Shown: in pieces, positions 19,874-29,633 of the stretch
Layout: each line of letters begins with the position of its first letter
Position numbering within the stretch: position 1 is the first letter of the stretch
DNA from: Parcubacteria group bacterium RIFCSPLOWO2_01_FULL_48_18
GTDB lineage: Bacteria > Patescibacteriota > Minisyncoccia > UBA6257 > WO2-01-48-18
DNA: 64,000 bases
Direction: 5' to 3'
NCBI GenBank assembly: GCA_001824435.1
Contig: MHXH01000017.1
Span: 335-64,334 of the forward strand
Translations under genes and position numbers: made by a program
Notes under the pieces: model-generated
Database searches by the model: none
Seen by the model: only the letters and a program-made list of their open reading frames with translations
What the model was told of the DNA's origin: nothing

Positions 19874-20581
19874 ATGGGAACCGATCCCCGGCACATTGCT
19901 ATTATCCCTGACGGCAACCGGCGGTGGGCAAAAGCCCACGGCCTTGCAATTTGGGAAGGACACAAAAGAGGCTTTAAACAATTCAAGCCGCTATTAACAG
20001 CCGCATTCGATGAGGGCGTCTACTGCGTCTCGGCCTGGATGGCATCGATGGACAACCTCACCAAGCGTTCACATGAAGAGGTCAAGTTTCTCTACAAAGC
20101 CTTTGAGAGTATGTTCAACGAACTCTATGACGCGCCTGAAATCTATTCGTACGACGTGAGAATCCAGGCGTTCGGCGAATGGGAATCTTTTCAACCATCA
20201 TCGCTCGTTGCCTCAATTCGCCGCATCATCGAAAAAACCAAAGAGCACCGGCGGCACCTTTTAAATCTCTTCGACGGCTACGACGGCATATCAGAAATGA
20301 CGCGGGCGGTGCAAACAATTGCCGACTTAAAAACAGTGGCTCCGGATTTAAAGGTTACGCCGGAACTCATAAAAGCACATCTGTACACCAGGGATTTACC
20401 GCCGGTTGATCTCGTCATCCGCACAGGCGGAGAACCCCACTGGAGCGGCGGCTTTCTGATGTGGGACATCGCTAACGCGCACTTCCATTTTTCTGAAAAA
20501 ATGTGGCCGGATTTTGATGAGAAAGACCTTCTAGCCGCACTTGAAGATTATAGAAAAAGGGAGCGGCGCCTTGGAAAATGA
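19874..20581 (+). CDS. uppS: undecaprenyl diphosphate synthase (isoprenyl transferase)
   Basis: HIAIIPDGNRRWA, RTGGEPHWSGGFLMWD. Confidence 0.9.
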   Translation: MGTDPRHIAIIPDGNRRWAKAHGLAIWEGHKRGFKQFKPLLTAAFDEGVYCVSAWMASMDNLTKRSHEEVKFLYKAFESMFNELYDAPEIYSYDVRIQAFGEWESFQPSSLVASIRRIIEKTKEHRRHLLNLFDGYDGISEMTRAVQTIADLKTVAPDLKVTPELIKAHLYTRDLPPVDLVIRTGGEPHWSGGFLMWDIANAHFHFSEKMWPDFDEKDLLAALEDYRKRERRLGK

Positions 20582-21543
20582 AAACAAAAATAATCAAGCC
20601 CCCCCATCTTAGAAACGGGGATACGGTTGCGGTTGTCACCGTTTCGTATCCAATTCTAAACAAGAACCTCTTTGAGCGAGGGGTTAAAACGCTTGAGCGT
20701 CTTGGCCTCCGCGTTGTCTATTACAAAGAGATATTCAAAAGCTACGGCCAGCACATGGCGGGCATGCCGCGCGACCGTATCATACAATTCCATAAGGCGA
20801 TTGCAAATAAAAAGGTCAAGGCGGTATTCAATCTCGTCGGAGGATACGCCGCGAATCAAATTCTTGATGTGCTCGATTTTTCTCTTATACGACGCAATCC
20901 GAAGATCATCTACGGCTTTTCCGACGTGACAACGATCCTAAACCCGATTTTCGAAAAGACGGGATTGATTACGTTCCACGGACCAAACATCGAAGAATGG
21001 TTTTATCGCCTTGACCGCTATAGCCGAAACTCACTTGTTACAACGCTTTTCGAGCCACGGCCGACGTATGAAATTCCGCGCTCCACGCGATGGAAGGTTT
21101 TCAAACCCGGCAGGGCACGCGGACGACTTGCCGGAGGAAACCTTACTATTGTCCGAAATCTCGTCGGTACGGATTTCAATCTCCGCTGGAAAAATCGACT
21201 ATTCTTTTGGGAAGAGATTGGAGAGGACATCGAGGGCATTGATAACATCTTGACACACCTTAAGCTCGCCGGCGCGCTCGACGACATCGCGGGCATGATC
21301 ATCGGAAAAAATATTATCGCGCCGCCCGAAAGTTACCTCCTGAAAAAACGGCGAAGAGCGCTTACATTTTACGAGGTAGTAACCAACGTCCTGCGCGGCT
21401 ACACCTTTCCGGTCGTAAGCGATGTTGACTTCGGGCACTTACTGCCTCAAGCAACAATTCCTATCGGTGCAAGGGCAGAGCTAAACGCTTCCTCCGGCAG
21501 CGGGAGGATAAGAATAAAAATTCTCGAAAGCGTCGTAAGTTGA
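20578..21543 (+). CDS. ldcA: LD-carboxypeptidase (peptidase S66 family)
   Basis: GFSDVT, GGNLT, DFGH triad segments; 4-nt overlap with uppS. Confidence 0.8.
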   Translation: MKTKIIKPPHLRNGDTVAVVTVSYPILNKNLFERGVKTLERLGLRVVYYKEIFKSYGQHMAGMPRDRIIQFHKAIANKKVKAVFNLVGGYAANQILDVLDFSLIRRNPKIIYGFSDVTTILNPIFEKTGLITFHGPNIEEWFYRLDRYSRNSLVTTLFEPRPTYEIPRSTRWKVFKPGRARGRLAGGNLTIVRNLVGTDFNLRWKNRLFFWEEIGEDIEGIDNILTHLKLAGALDDIAGMIIGKNIIAPPESYLLKKRRRALTFYEVVTNVLRGYTFPVVSDVDFGHLLPQATIPIGARAELNASSGSGRIRIKILESVVS

Positions 21544-21555
21544 TACCTGAAAAAA

Positions 21556-21586
21556 GAAAAAATTCCCCCGCTGGGAATTTTTTCTC
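21556..21586 (+). terminator. Rho-independent terminator after ldcA
   Basis: aattccc-ccgct-gggaatt followed by ttttttc. Confidence 0.7.
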
Positions 21587-21818
21587 AAAAGCCCGAATTA
21601 GATTACCCGGGTAGAAACCCTAAGTGGACGGCCTCAGCGGATCCGACACGTCGGATCACTTTAAGCGATTCGGCCTGTCCTTAATAAACAACTTGATCCG
21701 GAATCTAAACGAGCTCTATTGATAGTATACCCGCTGTTGCAATGAAGAATCAATGAATAGTTGTGGAGAAAGATCTACACATTATTGATCAAAAACTCAA
21801 GGGGCCCCACAAAAACCC

Positions 21819-22409
21819 TTAAAACATGATATCTTCCTCGGCTCGCTTATAATTGTGAATTTCTTCGGGGCCAAACCAAAATTCCAGTTCGTGTTCCGCC
21901 TCTTCTAGGGTTTCTGAAGCATGAATGAGATTGTGTATCGCCCGGCGGCCCTTGTTTGCAAGCGCCGCAGAGTCAACCGAAAAATCCCCTCGAATGGTCC
22001 CCATTTCTGCAAATGCCGGAACAGTATTGCCGGACAACTTACGCACCATATCAACGGCGTGTATTCCTTCAACCACCATTTTAACGATCGGTCCGGATAT
22101 CATATAATCCAAAATCCAGCTGCGAACCGATTTGCCGATCTCCGCCGGATCATCGGTGCCCATTTCTGTTACGGGATCCCAGCCGTATTTCTGATAGGTT
22201 GCCAAGGATTTTTCGCCAAGCCGACGGATCCATCTCTCGTCTTTCGGATAGTGTTCGTCGATCTGCTCACGAGTAATCGTGATCATCTCAAGCGCAATAA
22301 TCTTAAGGCCGCGCCGCTCAATGCGGCTCATGATCTCGCCGACAAGGCCTCGCTTCACGCCGTCGGGTTTAACCAATACTACTGTTTTTTCTTCTTTTGG
22401 GTGCCTCAT
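21819..22409 (-). CDS. ndk: nucleoside diphosphate kinase (with a ~45-aa insertion)
   Basis: TVVLVKPDGVKRGLVGEI, NLIHASE. Confidence 0.75.
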   Translation of the reverse strand: MRHPKEEKTVVLVKPDGVKRGLVGEIMSRIERRGLKIIALEMITITREQIDEHYPKDERWIRRLGEKSLATYQKYGWDPVTEMGTDDPAEIGKSVRSWILDYMISGPIVKMVVEGIHAVDMVRKLSGNTVPAFAEMGTIRGDFSVDSAALANKGRRAIHNLIHASETLEEAEHELEFWFGPEEIHNYKRAEEDIMF

Positions 22410-22455
22410 GGTGTCTATACAAAATAGCCGATGCGAAAGGCGCAAAAAGCTATAT

Positions 22456-23898
22456 TTAATTTTTCTTTGATTGCTTTAAGCCCGGCTTCTTGCTCTGCTT
22501 CAGTTGAACCCCTAACTCATTCAGCTGTTTTTTGTCTACTGCTGCCGGTGCGGCCATCAACAAATCCCTGCCGTCGCCGGTCTTCGGGAATGCAATCACT
22601 TCTCTTATATTAGGTTCATTCTGAAGAATCATCAAGATTCGGTCAATGCCCGGCGCAATGCCGCCGTGCGGCGGGACGCCGTATGAAAACGCTTCGAGTA
22701 GATGGCCGAATTTTTCTTCGACGCCCCCTTGGGTATGTCCCATCACTTTAAAAACATCGGCAAGGAGGTCCGGTTCGTGCGTTCGAATGCTTCCTCCTCC
22801 GACTTCATAGCCATTGCATACAAAATCGTACTGATGCGCGAGGACATTTCTTGTATCGTCGCGAAGGCGCGCTCGTAACTCGTCTACGCTTTCTTCTCCA
22901 AGCTGCTGTGGCCGCGTAAAGGGATGATGCGTCGCATCCCACCGCCGCTCTTTTTCTTTCCACTCAAACATCGGAAAATCGACTACGAACGCGAACGCAA
23001 GCTCATCAGGATTATTCTTGTCGCGACGCAAATCCGGCTTGTCGGTGCCGTATTTCTCTATTACCTCCCGATACGACAGCCGCACGAAAGGCTTAAAGGT
23101 AAAATGTTTCTGGGGATATACTGTTTCCACCAACGAAGTGAACAGTTCTTCCACAAGTTGCAATATCTCTTCTTGGCTGACAAAGCTCATCTCTACGTCA
23201 AGCTGGGTAAATTCCGGCTGTCGATCTCCACGCGTGTCCTCATCGCGGAAACATCGCGCAATCTGAAAATACCTCTCAATGCCGGCAACCATGAGGAGCT
23301 GTTTATATTGCTGGGGCGATTGCGGAAGAGCGTAGAATGTTCCCGGATGCAGGCGCGCAGGAACCAGGTAATCGCGCGCGCCCTCCGGGGTAGACTTGCC
23401 CAAAATGGGAGTTTCAATTTCTATAAAACGGCGCTGCGACAAAAAATTCCGTATAAACTGGATTGCCCGATGCCGCATTATAAGGTTCTGCTTCATTCGC
23501 TCGCGCCGCAAATCTATATACCGATATTTCATGCGAAGATCTTCGCCAATTTCGGTTCCGTTTGTATCAACTGCGATCGGCGGCGTTTTCGCCTCTGCCA
23601 AAATTTGAAGTTCGTCCGCAGGAATTTCAAAATCGCCGCTCACGATATTCGGATTCTCCATTCCCTTCGGCCTGCGCTGGACAATTCCCGATATTCGTAT
23701 CACCCACTCGCCCCGCAGCCTGCTTGCGGACTCATAAACTTCTTTATTCTTGGGAAAAAACACGATCTGGGCCACGCCCGTCCTATCACGCAAATCAATA
23801 AAAATAAGCTTGCCGTGGTCACGGCGACTGCCAACCCAGCCGAACAGCTCCACTTTCTTCCCTTCGTTTTTAGAAATTTCGTCTATCCAGGTACGCAT
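22456..23898 (-). CDS. aspS: aspartate--tRNA ligase (compact form)
   Basis: FIDLRDRTG, class II motifs FRDED.R.DRQPEFTQLD and GGGSIR, GIAPGIDR. Start at MRTWIDE; the upstream part of the ORF-track ORF is repeat-derived. Confidence 0.9.
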   Translation of the reverse strand: MRTWIDEISKNEGKKVELFGWVGSRRDHGKLIFIDLRDRTGVAQIVFFPKNKEVYESASRLRGEWVIRISGIVQRRPKGMENPNIVSGDFEIPADELQILAEAKTPPIAVDTNGTEIGEDLRMKYRYIDLRRERMKQNLIMRHRAIQFIRNFLSQRRFIEIETPILGKSTPEGARDYLVPARLHPGTFYALPQSPQQYKQLLMVAGIERYFQIARCFRDEDTRGDRQPEFTQLDVEMSFVSQEEILQLVEELFTSLVETVYPQKHFTFKPFVRLSYREVIEKYGTDKPDLRRDKNNPDELAFAFVVDFPMFEWKEKERRWDATHHPFTRPQQLGEESVDELRARLRDDTRNVLAHQYDFVCNGYEVGGGSIRTHEPDLLADVFKVMGHTQGGVEEKFGHLLEAFSYGVPPHGGIAPGIDRILMILQNEPNIREVIAFPKTGDGRDLLMAAPAAVDKKQLNELGVQLKQSKKPGLKQSKKN

Positions 23899-23935
23899 AG
23901 AACTAGAATCTGGAATCTGGAAGTGATTATTTATG
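23895..23935. repeat. Heptamer array (AGAATCT/AATCTGG type) directly upstream of the aspS start
   Basis: gaactag|aatctgg|aatctgg|aag. Confidence 0.55.
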
Positions 23936-23999
23936 CTTATGATACCCAAAATTAAGGGTCTTGACAAATTCTGTGGGTCTGCTATAATTATGGTGTTAA

Positions 24000-24900
24000 T
24001 CAGCTCCTCGCAAACAAAACAGGGTTTTTGGCATGAATGTCTGGTAGGCTGGCCAAATGGAGAATCGATGCATTTTTATATAGTTATACACTAAGCATCG
24101 ACAATCCATTTCCCCTCACTTGGCCAGCCCATCAGGCATTCGTGCCTACAAGAAGGGGGCTATTATCCGATAGTGGTTCGCTTCGGCGAGCTTCAAAACC
24201 TTGTCCGAGTGCCCCCAATATTTCCCTGCGAAGCAGAGAATGCATTAGCTGATCCGGCGTTCCCCAGTTGACGCCAGCCGGTTTCAGATCCTCAAGGGCA
24301 TGAGGACTCTGCTTCTGCAGGGACCAGTACGTGGGCGGTAAGGCGCATCGGCGTAGCACAGATGTCCGAGACGCCAAAGACCAACGCGAGCCCGGCGACA
24401 GGACCAAATGGGAATCGCGTTGGTTCCGCCCAGTAGGTCATCGGATCCTCAAGGCATGGGGACCCGCAGAACCACAGCATGGGTGAGGGTCCAAGCCTGT
24501 AAAGTCCCTGCCCGCTGAACACCCGGGAAATTCCCGCGTCATCCAGCGCGCGTGTGGATTCCCTCACCCACCAGACCAGGGGCTCTTCGGCAACAATCCC
24601 GCCGGTGCGGCGGAAAACCAATGCAGCGGAATCGCTGCAGCTGTTGAGCCTCCATCGCAGCAACCACGTGGCAGCGCCGCCCGACCCTGTTCGCACACAG
24701 GGTGCGCAAGCGGATGGCTCAACGGCTAAGGACAATCTCCTTGCTGCCACGACGAAACAGGACCCGCGTGCTGTCAAGACTGAGCACACACACACGAGAA
24801 AGCTTGATCTCTCGGCTCGTACGTCGAGCACACGGGTCCTCCTCCAAGGGCGCGATGCCACACCAGCTCGCGCCCTTTTCACTTTTTAATGGGGCAATGC
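24000..24900 (+). ncRNA. GC-rich non-coding island; candidate structured RNA with weak rnpB-like motifs (identity unresolved)
   Basis: GC content is clearly above the flanks and only GC-biased Arg/Ala-rich spurious ORFs are present. Long-range complementary segments exist (cagtacgtgggcgg ... ccgcccagtagg). Plus-strand segments gtgggcggtaaggcgcatcggcg and cccggcgacaggaccaaatggg resemble RNase P RNA GGGUGCGGUAAGAGCGCACCGCG and CCCGGAGCAAGGCCAAAUAGG, in the right order. No convincing P4 was found and the region is about twice rnpB length. Confidence 0.3.
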
Positions 24901-24905
24901 AACTT

Positions 24906-25784
24906 TTATTTGATTCCTTCCTTCTTTGCAAAAATATTAATCGCGCCGGCAGAAACCTCCACCTTGATAGTCCCCTGCGTATCGGTTCTGAAAACCCTAG
25001 ATCCGACTGCCGCAAGGCGCGACAAAGTTTCTTTTGTCGGATGCCCGTAACGGTTTTTTCCGGATTCAATCACCGAAACTTTCGGCTGCACTAATTTCAA
25101 CAGCTGCATCGAAGACGAATACTTTGATCCGTGATGCGGAACTTTCAGCACCTGTGCGCGCAGACCTTTCCCGCGCAGGAGTTTTTCGACTTTCGATGTA
25201 ATATCGCCGGTGAATAATGCGGAAAGCGCGGGTGTTTTTAGGCCGATAACCAACGATCTATCGTTAGGGTTTTTGGCGACAAATTCCGCGGGTGGCCACC
25301 ACACGGTCATTCGAGAATCGCCGTTGGTGATCATATCTTTCGCATCCACAACTACCGTGGGGATGTTTTTTTCTTTTATCGTACGCATCAATTCGCCGTA
25401 CGCGCCGATCTTACTTGCGTCGCCATTATAGAGAAACACGCCAACCTGGTACCGATTCATCACCTCGACAAGGCCGTCAAGATGATCCGCCTGCGGATGC
25501 GTAAGCATCACCACATCAATATATCTGTCCGTCGGCTTCATGACTTCTGCCAGCCGTTCCAACACGCGGCTATTAGGCCCGCCGTCAACAAGTATCTGAA
25601 CTCCGCCTTCAAGATTGATAAATGAACTGTCGCCTTGCCCAATGTCAAGAAAATAGATTGCAAGCGCATCGTGCGCACTGCCGGAGATAACCGTATGCCA
25701 GACAAATATATCGAGCGCGATCAACAAAAAGAAAATAAGAATGAGTAAATTATTGTATTGCTTGCCTTCTTTGAATGAAAACAT
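24906..25784 (-). CDS. comEC: ComEC/Rec2 C-terminal metallo-beta-lactamase domain protein
   Basis: LTHPQADHLDGL (HxHxDH), VPHHGSK; own N-terminal TM helix. Confidence 0.8.
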   Translation of the reverse strand: MFSFKEGKQYNNLLILIFFLLIALDIFVWHTVISGSAHDALAIYFLDIGQGDSSFINLEGGVQILVDGGPNSRVLERLAEVMKPTDRYIDVVMLTHPQADHLDGLVEVMNRYQVGVFLYNGDASKIGAYGELMRTIKEKNIPTVVVDAKDMITNGDSRMTVWWPPAEFVAKNPNDRSLVIGLKTPALSALFTGDITSKVEKLLRGKGLRAQVLKVPHHGSKYSSSMQLLKLVQPKVSVIESGKNRYGHPTKETLSRLAAVGSRVFRTDTQGTIKVEVSAGAINIFAKKEGIK

Positions 25785-25835
25785 GGAACGGGCCTAGAAT
25801 CTAGAATCTAAATTCCAGATTCTAGATTTTGGCAT
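25785..25835. repeat. Inverted heptamer arrays (ctagaat x2 / attctag) between the two comEC parts; contains the stop codon of the upstream part
   Basis: cctagaatctagaatctaaattccagattctagatttt. TAG stop of 25822..27306 lies within ctagatt. Confidence 0.6.
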
Positions 25836-27306
25836 CCCGCGGATAGTATTTTTTTATAAAAACCGCTGCCAGGATATAATAGACGGCAACAAAAAACGGG
25901 CTGAGATGTTCTACGACAAGAGGCAGGCTCACTGTTCCGCTGGCATTGATTAACCATGTTTCATAGGCAAGCGGCAGATACGCGACCCAGCCGAATACGG
26001 TCGAGAGCGTGGTCGAAACATATCCGGCCAGGCCCGTAACAAACCCCAAAAACATGGTAAGCGGAATCAATTCAAGAATAAGAATGTTGGTAAAAAACGA
26101 GATGGGCGAAAAACTGCCGAAATTGCCAAAGACAACAGGGATTACCATCAGTTGCGCGCTCAATGTCGTAAGTCCATGTTCGCGCCACGAAAGAAGCGTC
26201 GGCGCATTCGGTATATGAAATCGCTCTTGTATCGCGGGCATAAGATACACAATGCCGAGGAGCGCCAAAAACGAAAGCTGAAAACCGGCGTCATACCGCA
26301 GTACCTGCGGATTTACGAGAACCATCGCAAATGCCGCGACCATAATCGCATTTCTGATGCTGTGGATCTTGCCAATATAACCCGCCAGAAGAAGGATGCT
26401 CCCCATGATTGCCGCGCGCACCACCGAGGCTTGCGCGCCGGTCATCACCACAAAGGCGATGATGACCGCAACCGAAATCCAGAATGACGGTTTTTTCCCC
26501 AGTCCTATAATAAGCAAAAAATTTGCGATCGACCAGGCAATAATTGAAATATTGTAGCCGGATAATGCGACTAAGTGCGTGGTTCCGGAAAGCTTCATGT
26601 TCTCCTTAAACTTGGCTGAAAATTCAGCCCGTTCACCAAGCAGCAAGCCGTTCATAAACGCCGCCTCGTGCACGGGAAGAGCGCGGCCGATTTTTTCCTC
26701 AAAACTGTTTTTTATCCGATACAGCGCCGCTTTGATCGGAGACTGCGTACTCCGCGCCAGAAGTTTTGCATCAGGATAATACACAATCCCGTAAATCCGG
26801 TCTTTCCCAAGATAATCGGCATAAGCTCTCGGCTCCGGTTTTTGGATGACTCCCTTCAGTTCAACCACATCTCCGTATGCATATGCCGGATACTTTACCG
26901 TGCGCATCAACACTCTTCCTCCGTAAGGCTTCTTGTGTAACTCCAGTATGGCTGTCTGCGTATCCGGGCCTTGCGTCGGATCGGCGATGACTATCGCGGT
27001 AACCGATAAGATACGACCCATGGGCGCCGAAAAGGAATTGCGAGAAACGGATGCGTATCCGGAGGCGTACGCCGCTCCTAATATCGAGGCACAAAGAAGA
27101 ATCGAGAAAAAAAGAAATTTCATGCGGGGCGACTCTCCAATCGATGAAAATGTCGCTGGCAAACCGATATATGGCAGAGAGAATAATACGACAGCGGCCA
27201 AAAGCGCCGCCAGTGCCGCAATCCAAAAATTACCGGCGTATGCAAATAACCCGACTCCTATCAAAAACGAAAGCATCGCATAAAACGCGGTGTCAGATAC
27301 GTGCAT
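25822..27306 (-). CDS. comEC: ComEC/Rec2 N-terminal and competence transmembrane domain protein
   Basis: Polytopic membrane protein with competence-domain-like TM block (GTTHLVALSGYNISII...). Confidence 0.75.
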   Translation of the reverse strand: MHVSDTAFYAMLSFLIGVGLFAYAGNFWIAALAALLAAVVLFSLPYIGLPATFSSIGESPRMKFLFFSILLCASILGAAYASGYASVSRNSFSAPMGRILSVTAIVIADPTQGPDTQTAILELHKKPYGGRVLMRTVKYPAYAYGDVVELKGVIQKPEPRAYADYLGKDRIYGIVYYPDAKLLARSTQSPIKAALYRIKNSFEEKIGRALPVHEAAFMNGLLLGERAEFSAKFKENMKLSGTTHLVALSGYNISIIAWSIANFLLIIGLGKKPSFWISVAVIIAFVVMTGAQASVVRAAIMGSILLLAGYIGKIHSIRNAIMVAAFAMVLVNPQVLRYDAGFQLSFLALLGIVYLMPAIQERFHIPNAPTLLSWREHGLTTLSAQLMVIPVVFGNFGSFSPISFFTNILILELIPLTMFLGFVTGLAGYVSTTLSTVFGWVAYLPLAYETWLINASGTVSLPLVVEHLSPFFVAVYYILAAVFIKKYYPRDAKI

Positions 27307-27454
27307 ATGCCGCTAGCATACTATAGGCACAGTATCGGTGCAACACCAATCACATACGGACGTCCATGCAAGCTTCCCAGCAATTGACCTTACGCACTTC
27401 CTTTAATATAGTAGCAGTAGTTCATGCACAAGAAACTAAGGGATCTGCCTCCAA

Positions 27455-28038
27455 ATGATTTACGACAAGGATAGGGCGGAGAATGTCGGCGGATACCTCG
27501 CGTGGGATAACTTCTACGATGTGCCGTTCATTCTCGAATATGCGCGCAGGGTCGGCTCTCCGGTGCTCGAGCTCGCCTGCGGCGCCGGACGCGCGTCATG
27601 CGAGCGCTCGCAGAGTACGGGATCGACGCATACGGCATCGAGGCATCGCGCCCGATGATTACCATCGGTCTTACGGCGCGGGCAAAACTCCCGCCGGAAA
27701 TTCGCCGGAACATACATTTCTGCATCGGCGACATGCGCTCGTTTTCATTCGAGATACAATTCCCGCTCATCATCATCCCGTTCCATAGTTTTTGGAGCAA
27801 CATGAACAGGGCCGAAGCAGAACAGTGCGTCCGCTGCATCCTGGATGTACTTACTCCTGCCGGAGTTTTTCTTGTCGATACGCCAACGTTGAATGATGAA
27901 TTTTTGCTTGGAAGCAAATATGACTGGTGGGTGGAAACCGCCGAGAAATTCAAGTTTTCATTCCGCATGGAACGATACACAAAGCCGGATGGTGCGCGTC
28001 TGGGAGAAATTCTGGTAAGTCAAAAGAATAGCCCTTGA
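27455..28038 (+). pseudogene. Class I SAM-dependent methyltransferase interrupted by a 1-nt frameshift near 27590
   Basis: ORF 27455..27658 carries motif I (VLELACGAGR). ORF 27598..28038 continues the fold (RALAEYGIDAYGIEASRPMI) in another frame. Overlap is at the gcgcgcg run. Confidence 0.55.
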
Positions 28039-28069
28039 TCGGGCTATTTTAAATTTAAATGGAAACCCT

Positions 28070-28200
28070 TCGACTCGCTTCGCTCACTCAGACCTTCGGC
28101 TCTGAGGCTCAGGCTCGAAGAGGTATTGTTTCGTAACCGCATTCATCCCTCGGGACTGAGGACCTCGGGACGAACGTCCTCGCCGCAGAGCGGCAAGGTA
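28070..28200. repeat. GC-rich dispersed repeat (R1-related)
   Basis: ggctctgaggctcaggctcgaagag ... ccctcgggactgagg. Confidence 0.55.
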
Positions 28201-28260
28201 TTCTGCGGACGAAACAATAAAAAAGCCGCCTCGGTTTTCGATGCGGCATGTATTATTATG

Positions 28261-28953
28261 TTACTTATAATCGTGGCTGATCTCTCCTTCGTGATGTTCC
28301 ATGATCCACTCAGGGAGTTCATCAACCGACCTTAAAATATTTTCAAGTTTCAACTCTTTTGGCGCCTGTTTCAGTAAAAATGGGCCGGTTTGAACCATTA
28401 CGGTCTCGATAGCCGCAGCTTGCCCCGCATTAAAATCAACGATGGTATCCCCAACGAATATGCAAGTGTTTCTTGTGACGCCAAACCGCTCTCCAAGAGC
28501 CTCAAGAATGAACCGAAATGCTCTCGGATCAGGCTTTCGATATTCCACATCCTGTTTTGCTGAAATAACTTCGAATTCGCGGTGAAGGTCAAGCCGCTCA
28601 AAAATATCGTTGATGTTCTGCCGATTCCTCGTCGTAAGGAGCGCGTTTACAAAGCCGTTCTTACGACACCAGAAAAGCGCTTCTTTCGCTCCGGGCACAA
28701 GCGGCATCGGGTCCCGAAGATCGAGCTTCTCCCAATCGGAATACAACTTCTTCGCAAGAATCTCGGTGATATCAAGCGCTCTTTGCAAAAGCTCTGCTCC
28801 GGGAATACCCCATAATTCCGTAAGCTTTCTGCGCGCCTCACGCGTATAGCGAACCTCGTTTACGGCACAAAGCCATTTAATACGACGGAGTCCCTCGCGG
28901 AACGAATCATTCACGGGGCCGTCGAAATCATAGATAATCGCTTTGATTATCAC
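28261..28953 (-). CDS. HAD superfamily hydrolase
   Basis: IIYDFDG (motif I), VGDTIVD (motif IV). Confidence 0.75.
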   Translation of the reverse strand: MIIKAIIYDFDGPVNDSFREGLRRIKWLCAVNEVRYTREARRKLTELWGIPGAELLQRALDITEILAKKLYSDWEKLDLRDPMPLVPGAKEALFWCRKNGFVNALLTTRNRQNINDIFERLDLHREFEVISAKQDVEYRKPDPRAFRFILEALGERFGVTRNTCIFVGDTIVDFNAGQAAAIETVMVQTGPFLLKQAPKELKLENILRSVDELPEWIMEHHEGEISHDYK

Positions 28954-29042
28954 TCGCGGCTCCCTATGGAATTAAAAGAGCGGTGGACAATCTACCGCCA
29001 TGATATGCAATGCGCTTCCGAATGTCAAGCCGCGCCGCTTTT

Positions 29043-29570
29043 TCAAAATTCAATTCCTAACTTTGCAATCTCGCCGCGGTTGAACGGATGTTTAATCTCA
29101 CACATTTCGGTGACAAGGTCAGCGCGGCGGACAAATGACTTCGGCGCATTCCGGCCGGTCAGAATCACCAGCTTTTCAAATGGCACATATTGAATCGCCA
29201 CGAGCACCTGTTTGGACGAAATCAGTTTCAAGCTCACTGCCACATTCACTTCATCCAAAACAATTACATCCCATCGTCCGCTCCGCAATTCTTTTCTAAA
29301 ATGCGCCAACGCCTTTTGCGCGGCCCTCTTGTGCGCCGAACGCGGCAACTTGTCGCCTAAAATTCCCACAAACCCCAAGCCCATCTTCTGAACCTGGAAC
29401 CTGGAACCTGGAATTTGGAATTTGGTGCCAAAATAGTCTTCGCCGGATTTCCACGGGCCTTTGATGAATTGAATCATAAGCGCCTGGCGGCCGCGGCCAA
29501 GCGCGCGAACCATCTGGCCCAACGCGGCCGTGGTTTTACCCTTTCCATTACCGGTAAAAATAATAACCAT
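29043..29570 (-). CDS. cob(I)yrinic acid a,c-diamide adenosyltransferase-like (CobO/BtuR family)
   Basis: FTGNGKGKTTAALG P-loop, IQFIKGPWKSGE, VVLDE. Confidence 0.6.
   Translation of the reverse strand: MVIIFTGNGKGKTTAALGQMVRALGRGRQALMIQFIKGPWKSGEDYFGTKFQIPGSRFQVQKMGLGFVGILGDKLPRSAHKRAAQKALAHFRKELRSGRWDVIVLDEVNVAVSLKLISSKQVLVAIQYVPFEKLVILTGRNAPKSFVRRADLVTEMCEIKHPFNRGEIAKLGIEF
29385..29440 (-). repeat. Heptamer tandem repeat (aaattcc x2, aggttcc x3) in-frame within the CobO-like CDS
   Basis: Encodes KFQIPGSRFQVQ. Same heptamer family as the 5'UTR arrays. Confidence 0.55.
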
Positions 29571-29633
29571 GATGGTATGATAACAAAAAAGCGATGCTCG
29601 CGCGCCGCCCTCACCCACAAGGAGGAATTGAAT

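Noticed and set aside
21590-21820. Possible small RNA or tRNA in the 270-nt gap after ldcA (hairpin gcggatccgacacgtcggatcac)
   Set aside because: No tRNA cloverleaf or T-loop could be drawn and no known motif recognised. Left unannotated.
24292-24889. ORFs 24292..24882 (-) and 24554..24889/24702..25094 (+) in the GC-rich island
   Set aside because: Arg/Ala/Cys-rich products typical of random translation of GC-rich RNA genes. They overlap on opposite strands and have no domain signal.
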